Shown piece after piece: positions 52,904 through 63,291 of a DNA stretch of 64,000 nt. Origin of the DNA: an uncultured Nitrospiraceae bacterium (GTDB taxonomy: Bacteria; Nitrospirota; Nitrospiria; Nitrospirales; Nitrospiraceae); assembly GCA_963846575.1 (NCBI GenBank), contig CAWJWJ010000001.1, forward strand, positions 256,001 to 320,000, in the 5' to 3' direction. A model generated the notes under the pieces. The model searched no databases and was not told the DNA's origin. It saw nothing but the letters and a program-made list of their open reading frames with translations. Each line of letters opens with the position of its first letter. Position 1 is the first letter of the stretch. The position numbers and the translations under genes are program-made.

Positions 52904-53830
52904 TCAGTGATCCTGCTTTTTAATGATCGGATCGATATCCTTTTGTGCTTCCACGGTGTAGCGCCCGGACGGATGATCCAGGACCTCGTTGGCGTAGAGC
53001 CGCCCCGTCGGGGCCGGAACCGCGAGACTGGCCTCCACTGTCACCTTCGGCTCGACCGTGACGGTCTGCTCGATGGTGGTACGGATATAGGGGTGCCAGA
53101 TCACCAGCTTGTACGTACCGGGCGGCACATCGGTCATGGTGAAGCGGCCCTGTTCGTCTGTCTTGGCAAAGTACGGGTTGGTGATGGCGACGCCCCAGCT
53201 TTCCATGTAGGCGTGAAACCCGCATTGCATGACAAAGACCCGCCGGCCCTTGCTGAGATTCACCAGTTGTTTCATCGGCGGACCGGCCATATGTTTGTGG
53301 TACATCCCGGCATCGCTGCGATCTTTCAGGTCGCGCGGATGCGCCGGGTTCATCGGCAGCGGCACGTTAAACAAGACGCGCGCACCCAGATGCGACGTTT
53401 CGTAGGCCTGAATATCGTGCATGACCGGATCCATGTTGACCACGGTCACCGATTGATCATCCCGCACGACCGTGGTGAACGGGAGGAAACGGCAGTCTCT
53501 GGCTTCGATCTGCGGCACGGTCTTTTCGGCGAAAGGTTTACCTTTCTCGATCCCTTCCAGGTAGACCACCACATCCTGGAACTCGCTGGCCGGCCCGACC
53601 TGGAACGGTTGCAGAATGCGCCAGCCCCGCCCGTCAGAAATGCGTCCGCAGTAATATTGATCCGGCAACGTGATGAGGTTGTAGCCTTTCGGTTTCGGGA
53701 CAGTCCCCTCTAGCTTCACGGTACCCGCGATAGTTCCGCCATCGGAAACGGTGATTTCTTCGTAAGCCAGGGCAGGGCCGCCGACCGTCGCGGCGAGCAC
53801 CCCTGCCACAATCGCGTTCCACATCTTCAT
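52904..53830 (-). CDS. Secreted carboxypeptidase-regulatory-like/cupredoxin-like protein
   Basis: Signal peptide; DPVMHD and QCGFHAYM; VPPGTY...WHP. Confidence 0.75.
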   Translation of the reverse strand: MKMWNAIVAGVLAATVGGPALAYEEITVSDGGTIAGTVKLEGTVPKPKGYNLITLPDQYYCGRISDGRGWRILQPFQVGPASEFQDVVVYLEGIEKGKPFAEKTVPQIEARDCRFLPFTTVVRDDQSVTVVNMDPVMHDIQAYETSHLGARVLFNVPLPMNPAHPRDLKDRSDAGMYHKHMAGPPMKQLVNLSKGRRVFVMQCGFHAYMESWGVAITNPYFAKTDEQGRFTMTDVPPGTYKLVIWHPYIRTTIEQTVTVEPKVTVEASLAVPAPTGRLYANEVLDHPSGRYTVEAQKDIDPIIKKQDH

Positions 53831-53933
53831 TTTTCCGGCCTCCTTATCGATGAGCATGCGAATGCAACAACAACCCTCTAAAAGTTCCGCATGAATGTCT
53901 TCGTGATCAGCAACACTCAGCATAACAGATGCG

Positions 53934-54863
53934 TCAGTACGACTGCTTCTCCAGCGTGGGGATGATGGACGACTGTACATCTTCGGTGATGGTGTACCGG
54001 ATATAGGCGTTTTCCGTCATCTGGTTCGCATAGAGGCGTCCCGTGGGGGCCTCTACCTTCACGGCGATCTCCGCAGCGGATGTTGGTTCAACCGTCACGG
54101 TCTGCTCATAGGTTTCACGCAGGTACGGGTGCCAGATCGTCACGGTATACGTACCGGGAGGAATATTGCCGATTTCGAAATGCCCCTTCTCATCCGTCAT
54201 CGCGTAATAGGGATGATCGGTCACCAGCGCCCAGCTTTCCATATAGGCATGAAAGCCGCACTGCATGACAAAGATGCGTCGGCCCTTCGTCATCCGCACC
54301 TCCTGCGTGATCGGCGCCCCTTCATAATGTTTATGGAAATGCGCGCTGAGTCCGGCTTCGTTCGGATACCGGGTGCTGATCGGCAGGGGAATGTTAAACA
54401 GCACGCGAGGACCCAATTTGGACGTTTCGTAGGCCTGCACGTCGTGCAGCGCGGGATCCTTGTTCACCACGACCACATCGTGCCGGTCCTGCACCAGATT
54501 CACAAACGGGAGGAAGCGGCAATCCATGGCTTCGATACGTGGCGGTTGCACCTCGCCGAAGGGTTTGCCCTGTTCGATCTCCTTGAGATAGACCACGACG
54601 TCCCGGAATTCCCCTTCCTTGCCGACGTTAAATGGCTGGAGGAGCCGCCACCCGCGCCCGTCTGAAATCCGCCCGCAATAGATGGGATCCGGCAGCGTCG
54701 TCAGGTTGTATCCCTTCGGCGTGGGGACCTCTCCGATCATCGTCACCATCCCGCGGATGGTCCCGCCCTCGGTCACGGGCATCTCTTCATAGGCCGCCGC
54801 CGGGGTCACAAGCCATGCGGCCATCACGAACACGATCAGTCGTTGCACGTTACGCTGTTTCAC
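53934..54863 (-). CDS. Tandem paralog of 52904-53830
   Basis: Same motifs (YCGRISDGRGWR, DPALHD, QCGFHAYMESW); GTG start with RBS AAGGAGG. Confidence 0.75.
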   Translation of the reverse strand: MKQRNVQRLIVFVMAAWLVTPAAAYEEMPVTEGGTIRGMVTMIGEVPTPKGYNLTTLPDPIYCGRISDGRGWRLLQPFNVGKEGEFRDVVVYLKEIEQGKPFGEVQPPRIEAMDCRFLPFVNLVQDRHDVVVVNKDPALHDVQAYETSKLGPRVLFNIPLPISTRYPNEAGLSAHFHKHYEGAPITQEVRMTKGRRIFVMQCGFHAYMESWALVTDHPYYAMTDEKGHFEIGNIPPGTYTVTIWHPYLRETYEQTVTVEPTSAAEIAVKVEAPTGRLYANQMTENAYIRYTITEDVQSSIIPTLEKQSY

Positions 54864-54991
54864 TCCGGCCTCCTTTGGTGCAATGGGGCGTGTGGCCCTG
54901 TGGATCATGAAACCCTGAGGACCCCACCCCCCCAGGATGTACAATTCAGGCCGCCCGCTGCAAGAGAGAACTCCAGACGGCTGACTCTAGA

Positions 54992-55006
54992 GCCGGACTT
55001 GTGCCA
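54992..55006 (-). promoter_or_regulatory. Weak sigma54 promoter candidate
   Basis: Minus strand TGGCAC-AAGTC-CGGC. Confidence 0.4.
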
Positions 55007-55439
55007 AAGATGGGGGAGCTTCCGGAACCCGGCAGCTCCCCCATCGGCGGTTACGCCACGACCCGCCCGCTTGCCTCATGGCGGGCTTAATCGCTTGCGG
55101 CTCGGGTTACACCTCGGCTTGACGCGCACCCGATCCGCCTGCGCCTGGAGGCTGAATCCGCGCATCGCCGCCCGGCAGGACGCGCAGAGTGCCCTACTGT
55201 CCGGACTGCTGGCAGGGCAGGCGCGCGTTCGACCACACGAAGTCCCCACCTGACGAGACGGTCCGCCTGCACCGTTCACCGGCATGCGCCTATTTCAACC
55301 TATGAGACTGTCCAGCTTCCTGGACGATTTTCCCGAGTACATGGGCGAGACGGGGCACCATCATCCCTGACTGCCTCCTTCTCATCATGCTCGGGATTCG
55401 TTACCATGCTGGAGACAGCACCTCATATCCCGGAACCCG

Positions 55440-56891
55440 ATGCCGATCATCTCTCCAGCCTTCGTTGCTCTGCTGCCTCTCGCGGGCATTCTCTGCGCCT
55501 TGTCGATCAGCGAAGTCCTGCACGCACAATGGCCTGAATGGCACATGCTCCAGCTCCCGCTTCATTCGACCCTTGAAGCCGTGGGTGGAATCGCCTCGAT
55601 CGCCATGGCCACCATGCTCCTGCCGGGGAGGAACGGGTCTGCGCCCGGCAAGTATTACTCCCTGGGTCTCGGATTTTTGAGCATGGGAATCCTGGAATTG
55701 TTTCATGCCATGGCGCAGCCGGGAAACAGCTTCGTCCTGCTGCGGAATGTCGCCAGTCTGGCCGGCGGAGTCGGATTTGTGCTGCTGCTCGTGCCGCGCC
55801 CCCCGCACGCTCCGGCACGGAGCCGGTGGATGCCAGGGGGAATCGCGGCCGGGGCCTCGCTCTTCGGCGCCTGGGCGCTGGCCTTCTCCGACCATATTCC
55901 CGAAATGATCCGTGACGGCCGATTCACCCCGACCGCAGTGGCCCCCCAAAGTCTGGCCTGCCTCTGTTTTTTTGCAGCCACGGCCCGATGTTTTCTGGAC
56001 TACCGGCGATCGAAACAGTCGGCGGATCTCATCTTTGCCTCCCTCGCCTTCATGTTCGGCGTCGCCGAACTGGTCTTCATGTATTCGATTCCTTGGGACG
56101 GGCGCTGGTGGTTCTGGCACCTGCTGCGCATGACGGCCTATCTGCTGGTGTTGCTGGAGGTCGGGCGCGGATATCTCCGTACGACCTCGGACCTCACGAG
56201 ATCCCTGGAGCAAACCATCCAAGTGGAAGGAGCCTTGCGGCAGAGCGAGCAGCGTCTGCGCCGAAGCCTTGATGACCGTGAGAAGATGGCGCAAGATCTG
56301 CACGACCATGTCATTCAGTCGATCTTTGCGGTGACGCTCACGCTCGAACGCTGCCGGCGGCTCGTGAGCACCCACGCGAATGAGGTCGTGGTCCAACTCG
56401 GAACGACACTCGCCGACCTCCGGCTGGTCATCCGGGATTTACGCGGGTACCTGGTGGGACTGGAGCAACCGATTTCGAACGGTCGAGAATTCGAAACCGC
56501 CCTCGACTCCTTGATCAGGAGCATGACCGGTTCAGACCAACTCCCTTTCCGGCTGGAGGTCGATCCCCTGGCCGCCGACCGGGTCACGCCGGAACAGGCC
56601 TCCCAGCTGTTGTCGGTCGCCCGGGAAGCGCTGAGCAACAGTCTTCGCCACTCCTCAGCCAGGGCGGGGACGATTTCGCTCCGGTTCGAAAACGGCCATG
56701 TCCGGCTGACCGTCGCGGATGACGGTGTCGGCTTCCATGTCCCCGCCCCGCAGGGCCAGGGGCACGGCCTGAAAAATCTCGCGGCCCGCGCGAAACGGCT
56801 GAACGGGCGGTTCGAAGTCATCTCAGGACCCGGGCAAGGCACCCGCATCCTGTTCGATGTACCGCAGGAGGAATCCCATGCGACGACCTGA
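55440..56891 (+). CDS. Multi-TM (MASE3-like) HisKA_3 sensor kinase
   Basis: About 8 TM; AQDLHDHVIQ; REALSN..RHS; DDGVGF; GHGL. Confidence 0.9.
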   Translation: MPIISPAFVALLPLAGILCALSISEVLHAQWPEWHMLQLPLHSTLEAVGGIASIAMATMLLPGRNGSAPGKYYSLGLGFLSMGILELFHAMAQPGNSFVLLRNVASLAGGVGFVLLLVPRPPHAPARSRWMPGGIAAGASLFGAWALAFSDHIPEMIRDGRFTPTAVAPQSLACLCFFAATARCFLDYRRSKQSADLIFASLAFMFGVAELVFMYSIPWDGRWWFWHLLRMTAYLLVLLEVGRGYLRTTSDLTRSLEQTIQVEGALRQSEQRLRRSLDDREKMAQDLHDHVIQSIFAVTLTLERCRRLVSTHANEVVVQLGTTLADLRLVIRDLRGYLVGLEQPISNGREFETALDSLIRSMTGSDQLPFRLEVDPLAADRVTPEQASQLLSVAREALSNSLRHSSARAGTISLRFENGHVRLTVADDGVGFHVPAPQGQGHGLKNLAARAKRLNGRFEVISGPGQGTRILFDVPQEESHATT

Positions 56892-57540
56892 AGGCAAACC
56901 GATCCGTCTGTTGTTGGTCGACGACCATGAAGTCCTTCGCATCGGCCTGCGGACCCTGTTCACGGAAGCCGGAGGGTTCGAGGTCGTCGGGGAGGCCGGC
57001 ACGATGGCCGGCGCCGTGGATGAGGCGCTCAAGCTGAAGCCGGACGTGGTGCTGATGGACGTACGGCTCCCGGACGGCAGTGGCATCGATGCCTGCCGAA
57101 CGATTCGAGCGGCACAACCTCAGACCGCCGTTCTGTTTCTCACCTCCTTTGCCGACGACCATGCCGTCTTGGCCACGATCCTTGCCGGAGCCGGAGGATT
57201 TCTGCTGAAGGAGGTCGGAGGGGAACAGCTCGTCAGCGGTGTCAAGACCGTCGCCGGCGGCCAATCGATCCTGGACCGGGGCGTGGCCCAGCGGGTGCTG
57301 ACCCACGCGCATGCACTCACGGACGGCGGGGGCGACGGGAAAAGTGATCCGCTGTCTCCGCAGGAACAGCGGGTCCTGGCCTTGGTCGCCGAAGGGTTGA
57401 CGAACAAGGAGATCGCCGCCTCCCTGAATCTCAGCGACAAGACGGTCGGCAACTACCTCAGCAACATCTTCCAGAAACTTCATGTGACCCGCCGTACTCA
57501 GGCGGCGATGTATTACAGCCAGCACCTCCCGAACAAGTAG
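56878..57540 (+). CDS. NarL/LuxR-family response regulator (DosR/DevR-like)
   Basis: LVDDH, MDVRLPDGSG, FLTSF, GLTNKEIA, KTV.NY.S.IF.KL. Confidence 0.92.
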   Translation: MRRPEGKPIRLLLVDDHEVLRIGLRTLFTEAGGFEVVGEAGTMAGAVDEALKLKPDVVLMDVRLPDGSGIDACRTIRAAQPQTAVLFLTSFADDHAVLATILAGAGGFLLKEVGGEQLVSGVKTVAGGQSILDRGVAQRVLTHAHALTDGGGDGKSDPLSPQEQRVLALVAEGLTNKEIAASLNLSDKTVGNYLSNIFQKLHVTRRTQAAMYYSQHLPNK

Positions 57541-57555
57541 AGGCATGTGCCTCTA
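57538..57555. promoter_or_regulatory. Palindrome, candidate operator
   Basis: TAGAGGCA-TG-TGCCTCTA overlapping the regulator stop codon. Confidence 0.35.
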
Positions 57556-57676
57556 GCACTAGGGGAATAATCCTGCGCAACACACGGGAGGATCTCCTCT
57601 GCCGTCCGATCCAGCGTCCGGATAGGATGGGTGCGACAGTGACGACATCCACCGTTCATCGGACAAGGAGGGGCAT

Positions 57677-58153
57677 ATGATACGGACCGCATCGAACAAG
57701 CAGATCGTGACAGGCACCCTGGCGGCCATCGTGATGGCCTTTGTGTGGATGGCTGCGCCGGCCGTCGAGGCCGCCGACGGAGCCGGCAAGGAGAAGACCA
57801 AAGTGGTGTACCACGTCGATGGGAAGGACCCGGACGTCGCGAAGTATGCCCTGGCCCTGATCAACAAGCATATCGACGCGGAGGGCGGGCCTGACAAGAT
57901 CGACATCGAACTCGTCGTCCACGGTCCCGCGCTCGAACTCTTCGAGAAGGACAAGATGGATCCGGAGATGACAAAACGCTTCGACCAGATCATTGAGAAA
58001 GGCGCGAAGGCGGAGATGTGTCAGGTTTCGATGAAGGCCTTTGGAAAGACCCTCGACAACCTGGCGAAAGGATTCGTCGCCACGCTGCATCCGGTCGCGG
58101 TCAAACGGATTGCGGATCTTCAACAGCAGGGCTACCTGTACATCAAGCCGTAA
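57677..58153 (+). CDS. Secreted DsrE-family protein
   Basis: Signal peptide; KVVYHV; IELVVHGPAL; single Cys in EMCQVSM; LQQQGYLYIKP. Confidence 0.88.
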   Translation: MIRTASNKQIVTGTLAAIVMAFVWMAAPAVEAADGAGKEKTKVVYHVDGKDPDVAKYALALINKHIDAEGGPDKIDIELVVHGPALELFEKDKMDPEMTKRFDQIIEKGAKAEMCQVSMKAFGKTLDNLAKGFVATLHPVAVKRIADLQQQGYLYIKP

Positions 58154-58170
58154 AGCGGAGGACCATCACC

Positions 58171-58692
58171 ATGCGTTCGATCAACGCGGGCATGCTGGGA
58201 TTGTGGATCCTCTGCTCCGGTGCCGCAGGAGTCGCGACATGGACGGGGGTTACGCCGGCGGAGGCTGCCGCCCCGACCGCGCCCCCCTTCGAGGTGGTGA
58301 CGTTCGACGGCACCGGCTACAGCAATGCCTCCCTGAAAGGAAAACCGGCGTTGCTGGTCTTCTGGGCTCCCTGGTGCAACGTCTGCCGGCGTGAACTGCC
58401 CGAGATCAGCCGCTTCTACAAGGAGGGACGACCGGATGCGCTCGAAGTCGTCTCGATCGGATTCTCAGACACTCGAAGCAATGTTGAAGCCTTTGTGAAG
58501 GAACGGGCTGACTCCTTCGCCTTTCCTGCGGCGTACGACGAGGATCGGTGGGTGTCGCAGGCGTTCAAGGTCAACGCCACACCGACCTACGTATTGCTCG
58601 ACGACCAGGGCCGCATTGCTCTGGTCCACCGTGGCGGCGGCGTGCTTCAGAATCCTCAGTTTCGACAATTTTTGTCGACCCTCGCCGGATGA
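58171..58692 (+). CDS. TlpA/ResA-family thiol-disulfide oxidoreductase
   Basis: FWAPWCNVC..ELP; cis-Pro in ATPT. Confidence 0.92.
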   Translation: MRSINAGMLGLWILCSGAAGVATWTGVTPAEAAAPTAPPFEVVTFDGTGYSNASLKGKPALLVFWAPWCNVCRRELPEISRFYKEGRPDALEVVSIGFSDTRSNVEAFVKERADSFAFPAAYDEDRWVSQAFKVNATPTYVLLDDQGRIALVHRGGGVLQNPQFRQFLSTLAG

Positions 58693-58703
58693 GCAGCCCT
58701 TCG

Positions 58704-58734
58704 AGGGCGGGAGAGGCGCCGCCTCTCCCGCCCT
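58704..58734. other. Perfect 14-bp intercistronic hairpin
   Basis: AGGGCGGGAGAGGC-gcc-GCCTCTCCCGCCCT; no U-tract. Confidence 0.7.
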
Positions 58735-58749
58735 GACTGAGCCACAGCC

Positions 58750-59493
58750 ATGACAGAGTCGTTACCGCACACGTCCCTGATGACGGCCTTTCTCGCCGGC
58801 CTGCTTTCCTTTCCGTCTCCCTGCGTGCTCCCGCTGTTTCCGTCGTTCCTGACTTACATCACGGGGCTCTCGTTGGAGCACCTCTCGCATTCCCTGGAAC
58901 GGCGGCGGCTGAGGCAGACCATCCTGACCAATGCCCTGCTTTTCATTGCAGGCTTTTCGATTGTGTTCATCGCCTTCGGAGCCTCGGCGAGTGGCCTCGG
59001 CCGGCTGTTGACCGATTACCAGCACGTCATTCGAAAGATCGGCGCCGGAATGTTGATCCTGTTCGGGATCCATCTCATCGGGACCCTCAGATTTCTTCTC
59101 CGGTCGGCGAACCAGCCCGCTCCGGTGCGAAACCGTCCTGTCGGCTACCTGGGATCGGTCGTGATCGGAGCCACCCACGCCGCTGGGTGGACTCCTTGCG
59201 TGGGCCCGGTGCTCGGCAGTCTGCTGCTCTTCGCCAGCACAACCGACACCCTGGCCGATGGAATCACGCTGCTGGGATTCTACTCGCTGGGACTGGGCCT
59301 GCCGTTATTTGCCGCTGCGATGGGGTTGGATCGATGTCTTACGTACGTCAAGCAGGCCGGGCCGCACCTGGCAATCCTGTCGAAGGTGAGCGGGGGCCTT
59401 CTCATCCTGGCGGGACTGCTGCTCTATGACAACTCGTTGGCCCTGGTCGCGGCGTGGTTCGAGCGGCATGGCATCGGTGTCTACCTGGACTAG
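58750..59493 (+). CDS. ccdA: Cytochrome c biogenesis protein CcdA
   Basis: SPCVLP and WTPCVGP; six TM; YSLGLGLP. Confidence 0.92.
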   Translation: MTESLPHTSLMTAFLAGLLSFPSPCVLPLFPSFLTYITGLSLEHLSHSLERRRLRQTILTNALLFIAGFSIVFIAFGASASGLGRLLTDYQHVIRKIGAGMLILFGIHLIGTLRFLLRSANQPAPVRNRPVGYLGSVVIGATHAAGWTPCVGPVLGSLLLFASTTDTLADGITLLGFYSLGLGLPLFAAAMGLDRCLTYVKQAGPHLAILSKVSGGLLILAGLLLYDNSLALVAAWFERHGIGVYLD

Positions 59494-59524
59494 GACCGGA
59501 TGAGCGGGATGCAGGCAAGCCTCA

Positions 59525-59868
59525 TCATTCACCTGACGAAGCGGCTCGCGGGGCCGATGACAGGACTCGGTGATGAAACCGGGAGACCAGAAGGGGGATG
59601 TCTTCCCTCCGTTCACGTAACGGAGGAAGATGGACCGGCAGCACGGCCAGGCGATAGTAAAGAGCCTGTCGAAAGGCCTCGGCCTTGACGAGGTCGGTTA
59701 CATCCCGGTTCCTGGCCGGCATGACGCGGACATCGATCGTGATCGGCTGAGTGCCCCCACCACCTTGATCTCACCGTCCTGCAACACCCCTAAGAGCCTC
59801 GCTGGAAATGGAGGAGACGTATCGGCGATCGAGTCCCGGAACAACCTCTCGGGAAGCGTGATTCGCTG
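59525..59868 (-). pseudogene. Degraded sigma54-activator AAA+ fragment
   Basis: ARLLGVLQDGEIKVVG, then in another frame ARNRD..FRQALYYRLAVLPVHLPPLRERREDIPLL. Confidence 0.75.
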
Positions 59869-59885
59869 ATGCCGGTGTCTGCTCC

Positions 59886-60293
59886 TTAGTGACGGAACGG
59901 TTGTTCCGGTTTCCTGGCCGCAGCCCTGAGCAATAATTTTACCGTCGCCTTCAGTTCCGACAGGCGAACGGGCTTGTCAAAATAGGCGGTCGCCCCGTTC
60001 CTGAGCGCTTCGTCTTTGGTCTGCGCATCGCCGAATCCGGTCATCACGATGATGGGGCACCCGGGAGCGGAGAGTCGTAATCGATGCACATACTCAAATC
60101 CCCCTGCCGGCATCTTCAGGTCGGTGACGATCAGGTCCGGCGTCGCCCGCATGACGGCGGCTAACCCTTCTTCCCCGTTCGTGGCTTCCCGCAGTTGATA
60201 CCCTTCATCCCACAACTCGTCGCACAGCAGACTCCGCATGTCGTTGTCGTCTTCCACGACCAATAACACAGCTGGTCTCCTTTCTGCGTTCAC
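59886..60293 (-). CDS. Single-domain response regulator
   Basis: VVEDD, TDLKMP, MTGFG, DKP. Confidence 0.9.
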   Translation of the reverse strand: MNAERRPAVLLVVEDDNDMRSLLCDELWDEGYQLREATNGEEGLAAVMRATPDLIVTDLKMPAGGFEYVHRLRLSAPGCPIIVMTGFGDAQTKDEALRNGATAYFDKPVRLSELKATVKLLLRAAARKPEQPFRH

Positions 60294-60337
60294 GTGGTAC
60301 TCCCCGCGAAACCGGACTTGGCTGAAACAGGTACGAC

Positions 60338-60352
60338 GCAAAGCATGTGCCA
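60338..60352 (-). promoter_or_regulatory. Sigma54 promoter, consensus match
   Basis: Minus strand TGGCAC-ATGCT-TTGC, 45 nt upstream of the receiver gene. Confidence 0.8.
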
Positions 60353-60553
60353 CTCACTCGCCGTCCCGGCGATGGTCAAAACCACGTCTTTCCTGCAGAA
60401 ACTGACGCGAAGGAAATTCCACACAGGCAGCCGGCTGCCCGCGCGCTGGCGAGAAAGACCCCACCCGGAAACAGCTGCTGCCCCGAACCGCTACAGCGAG
60501 ACATCAATGAATCAGGCTAGCCACGACCGGCACAGCGCTTCGAGAGACGATGC

Positions 60554-63256
60554 TTATGACGGAGCGGCGAGCTCGTCTCTATGGATCGGGAGGCAGATCG
60601 TAAAGACGGTCCCCTTCCCCGGCTCACTGTCGACCTGAATCGTCCCATGGTGCTCCTCGATAATGCCTTTCACCACGGTCAGCCCGAGCCCCGTTCCCTT
60701 GCCGAACTCCTTGGTCGTGAAAAAAGGATCGAAGATCTTGGCGATCACCTCTCGCGGCATGCCATGGCCGGTATCCACCGCCGTCAATCGCACCATGCCT
60801 CGATCCTCAGCCAGAGCCAGCTTCAAGGTCCCTCCCTCAGGCATGGCGTGAATCGCATTCATGATCAGATTGATCAGTACCTGGCTCATCTGATCGACGT
60901 CGGCATGCACCGGAGGACAGTCCGTGGCACAGGAGGTTTCCACCGTGATGCAGCCGCGAGCCAGCCGCTCCTGGAAAATTTCCAGGTTGTCTTCGATGGC
61001 CTGGCCCAGATCCAAGGCGCGATGTTCGACCGGACGCCGGCGCGCGAAGGCCAGCAGTTGATTCATCACCCTCGTGATCCGCTCCACCTGGCTGACGATG
61101 GTGTGCAGGCCTTTCTTGACCGGTTCCTCTTTCGTCCGCTCCATCAAGTATTCGGCTCGCCCCAGGATGACATTCATGGGGGTGCCGATTTCATGCGCCA
61201 TCCCGGACGCGACCGTGGCCAGTTCTGCGATCCGCTCAGTGCGCCGCAGCTGATCCTGCAACCGTTTCCGTTCTGTGATGTCCCGCGCGACGACGAGGAC
61301 GGCGGGGCCTTCCTGATCGCTGTAGCGCGCGGCGGTGACCTCCACCACGACCTTAGAGCCATCGAGCCTGACGAACGTCTGTTCAAACAGAGGCACCTGT
61401 TCCTGCCCGTCGCTGACTCGAGAGAGGTGCTGTTTGACGACGGCCAGGTCGTCGGACGGAACAAAATCGGCCAGCGCCCGTCCTACGATCTGACGCTCCT
61501 CAGTCGCGCCCAGCAGCCTCATGCCTTCGCCATTGCCGAGCAGAACGCGATCGCCACGCAGGACAAAGATGGCATCGGGTGACACCTGGACGAGGCGGCG
61601 GTACCGTTCCTCGCTCTGCCGCATTGCGGCTTCCGCTTCTTTGCGGTCGGTGATGTTCCGGATAATCGCGGCCAGGCCGGCGGGTTTTCCGTCTTCTCCT
61701 TTGACCAGAGACACGGTCACGTCAACCGGAACCCGGGAGCCATCCTTCCGGATATATTCCTTTTCATACTCGGCCGGCTCCCCCGTCTCTATGACCCGCC
61801 CGATCGCCTGCGCCTGCACTCCCCTGTATTCCTCAGGAGTCAGCTCACCATAACCCGTATGCAGCAACTCGTCCTGGGAATACCCGGTCAGTTTCGCGAA
61901 CGCATGGTTGGCCAACACGAATTTACCGTCCAGCGAGGCATACCCGATGGCATCTTTCGACGATTCCACGATGTCCTCAAACAGCCCCTCCACTCTTCGC
62001 AGGGACGCTTCCGCCTGTTTTCGGGCCGTAATGTCGCGGGTCACTCCCAGCACCCCTGTGATGACGCCCGCCGCCCCCCGCAAGGGCACGGCATGCGTTT
62101 CCAGCCAGCGGTGGCCGCCTTTGAACCCCCGGATTTCCATTTCCAACAGTCCCGTTTCCCCCCGGCCGGCTCTGGTGATCAGTTCGCGGAATGCCGGACG
62201 GAATTGGGGAGTCACCAGTTGCTCCACGTCTTTGCCCAGAATGTCCTGACTGCTGTCGGCCTCGATCATGGCCAGACCGGCCGCGTTCATGGTGAGCACG
62301 GTCCCGTCGAGGTCGAGCAGCTTCACACACTCGGGTTCGGTCTCAATGATGGTGCTGAGGAGCCCCTCTCGTTGTGCCAGGTCTCTCTCCAGCCGCTCGC
62401 GTTCGGTGATGTCGCGGAGGATGACGGTGAAATACCGCTTGCCCTCTACTCCCACCTGCGAAATGGACGCCTCGATCGGAAACTCTTCTCCTCCTGCCCG
62501 GACACCTGTGATCGTGCCCAGGGCGCCCATCTTGCGGGAGGTGACACCGGACTGACCGAATCGCCGGATGTGCTCACCATGGGTCTGACGGAACCGGTCG
62601 GGAATGAGGCGATCCAACGATTGACCCAGCACCTCGCCGGCCGACCAGCGAAACATGCGTTCCGCGGCGTGATTGAACAGGATGATCTTCTGGTCTTCGT
62701 CGACGCTGATGATGGCGTCCATGGCCGACTGCACGATCCCTTCCAGCCACAGCTTGCCCTCGCGCATTTCCTCTTCCGCGCGGCGCTGACCCGCGACCGC
62801 TCCCAATACGGCCACCTCGGCATAGGCCCGCGCTTCCACGGCGGCCGCCCTTGCCGATTCGGCCTGGGTCTGCTGAGCCTGGGCATCAGTCACCGCCCGC
62901 GCCATCTGCTGACGGCTTTCATCGGCCCGCGCCCTGGCGAGCTGACGGCTCACCAACGCCAGGGCAAACCCCCAGATCAGCCCAACCCCCAACAGACGAT
63001 TCAGCATGGAGTAGAGCGGCAAGCCGCCCGGAGGCGAGTAGATATATCCGATGCCCAACAGCAGGGTGACGAGGCAGGCCAGATACAGGGGAGCGCGGGG
63101 CCGCGAGGACAACAAGGTGAGCGTCAGCGGAACGGCATACAACACCCATTCGACGATGCCGTCGGGCGTGAGCAGATCCAGAACAAAAATTCCGATGGTA
63201 AGGATGAGCGTGAGGGCGTACTCAGCGAACAGCGACTTGCGGTATGGAGGCTCCAA
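60554..63256 (-). CDS. Membrane histidine kinase with four PAS domains
   Basis: Four TM; four PAS ending RDIT/RNIT; AHEIGTP; NLIMNA; DPFFTTK; GTGLGL. Confidence 0.93.
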   Translation of the reverse strand: MEPPYRKSLFAEYALTLILTIGIFVLDLLTPDGIVEWVLYAVPLTLTLLSSRPRAPLYLACLVTLLLGIGYIYSPPGGLPLYSMLNRLLGVGLIWGFALALVSRQLARARADESRQQMARAVTDAQAQQTQAESARAAAVEARAYAEVAVLGAVAGQRRAEEEMREGKLWLEGIVQSAMDAIISVDEDQKIILFNHAAERMFRWSAGEVLGQSLDRLIPDRFRQTHGEHIRRFGQSGVTSRKMGALGTITGVRAGGEEFPIEASISQVGVEGKRYFTVILRDITERERLERDLAQREGLLSTIIETEPECVKLLDLDGTVLTMNAAGLAMIEADSSQDILGKDVEQLVTPQFRPAFRELITRAGRGETGLLEMEIRGFKGGHRWLETHAVPLRGAAGVITGVLGVTRDITARKQAEASLRRVEGLFEDIVESSKDAIGYASLDGKFVLANHAFAKLTGYSQDELLHTGYGELTPEEYRGVQAQAIGRVIETGEPAEYEKEYIRKDGSRVPVDVTVSLVKGEDGKPAGLAAIIRNITDRKEAEAAMRQSEERYRRLVQVSPDAIFVLRGDRVLLGNGEGMRLLGATEERQIVGRALADFVPSDDLAVVKQHLSRVSDGQEQVPLFEQTFVRLDGSKVVVEVTAARYSDQEGPAVLVVARDITERKRLQDQLRRTERIAELATVASGMAHEIGTPMNVILGRAEYLMERTKEEPVKKGLHTIVSQVERITRVMNQLLAFARRRPVEHRALDLGQAIEDNLEIFQERLARGCITVETSCATDCPPVHADVDQMSQVLINLIMNAIHAMPEGGTLKLALAEDRGMVRLTAVDTGHGMPREVIAKIFDPFFTTKEFGKGTGLGLTVVKGIIEEHHGTIQVDSEPGKGTVFTICLPIHRDELAAPS

Positions 63257-63291
63257 CGCCGATGACTCCCAACGCCACGGTACGACGGCGG

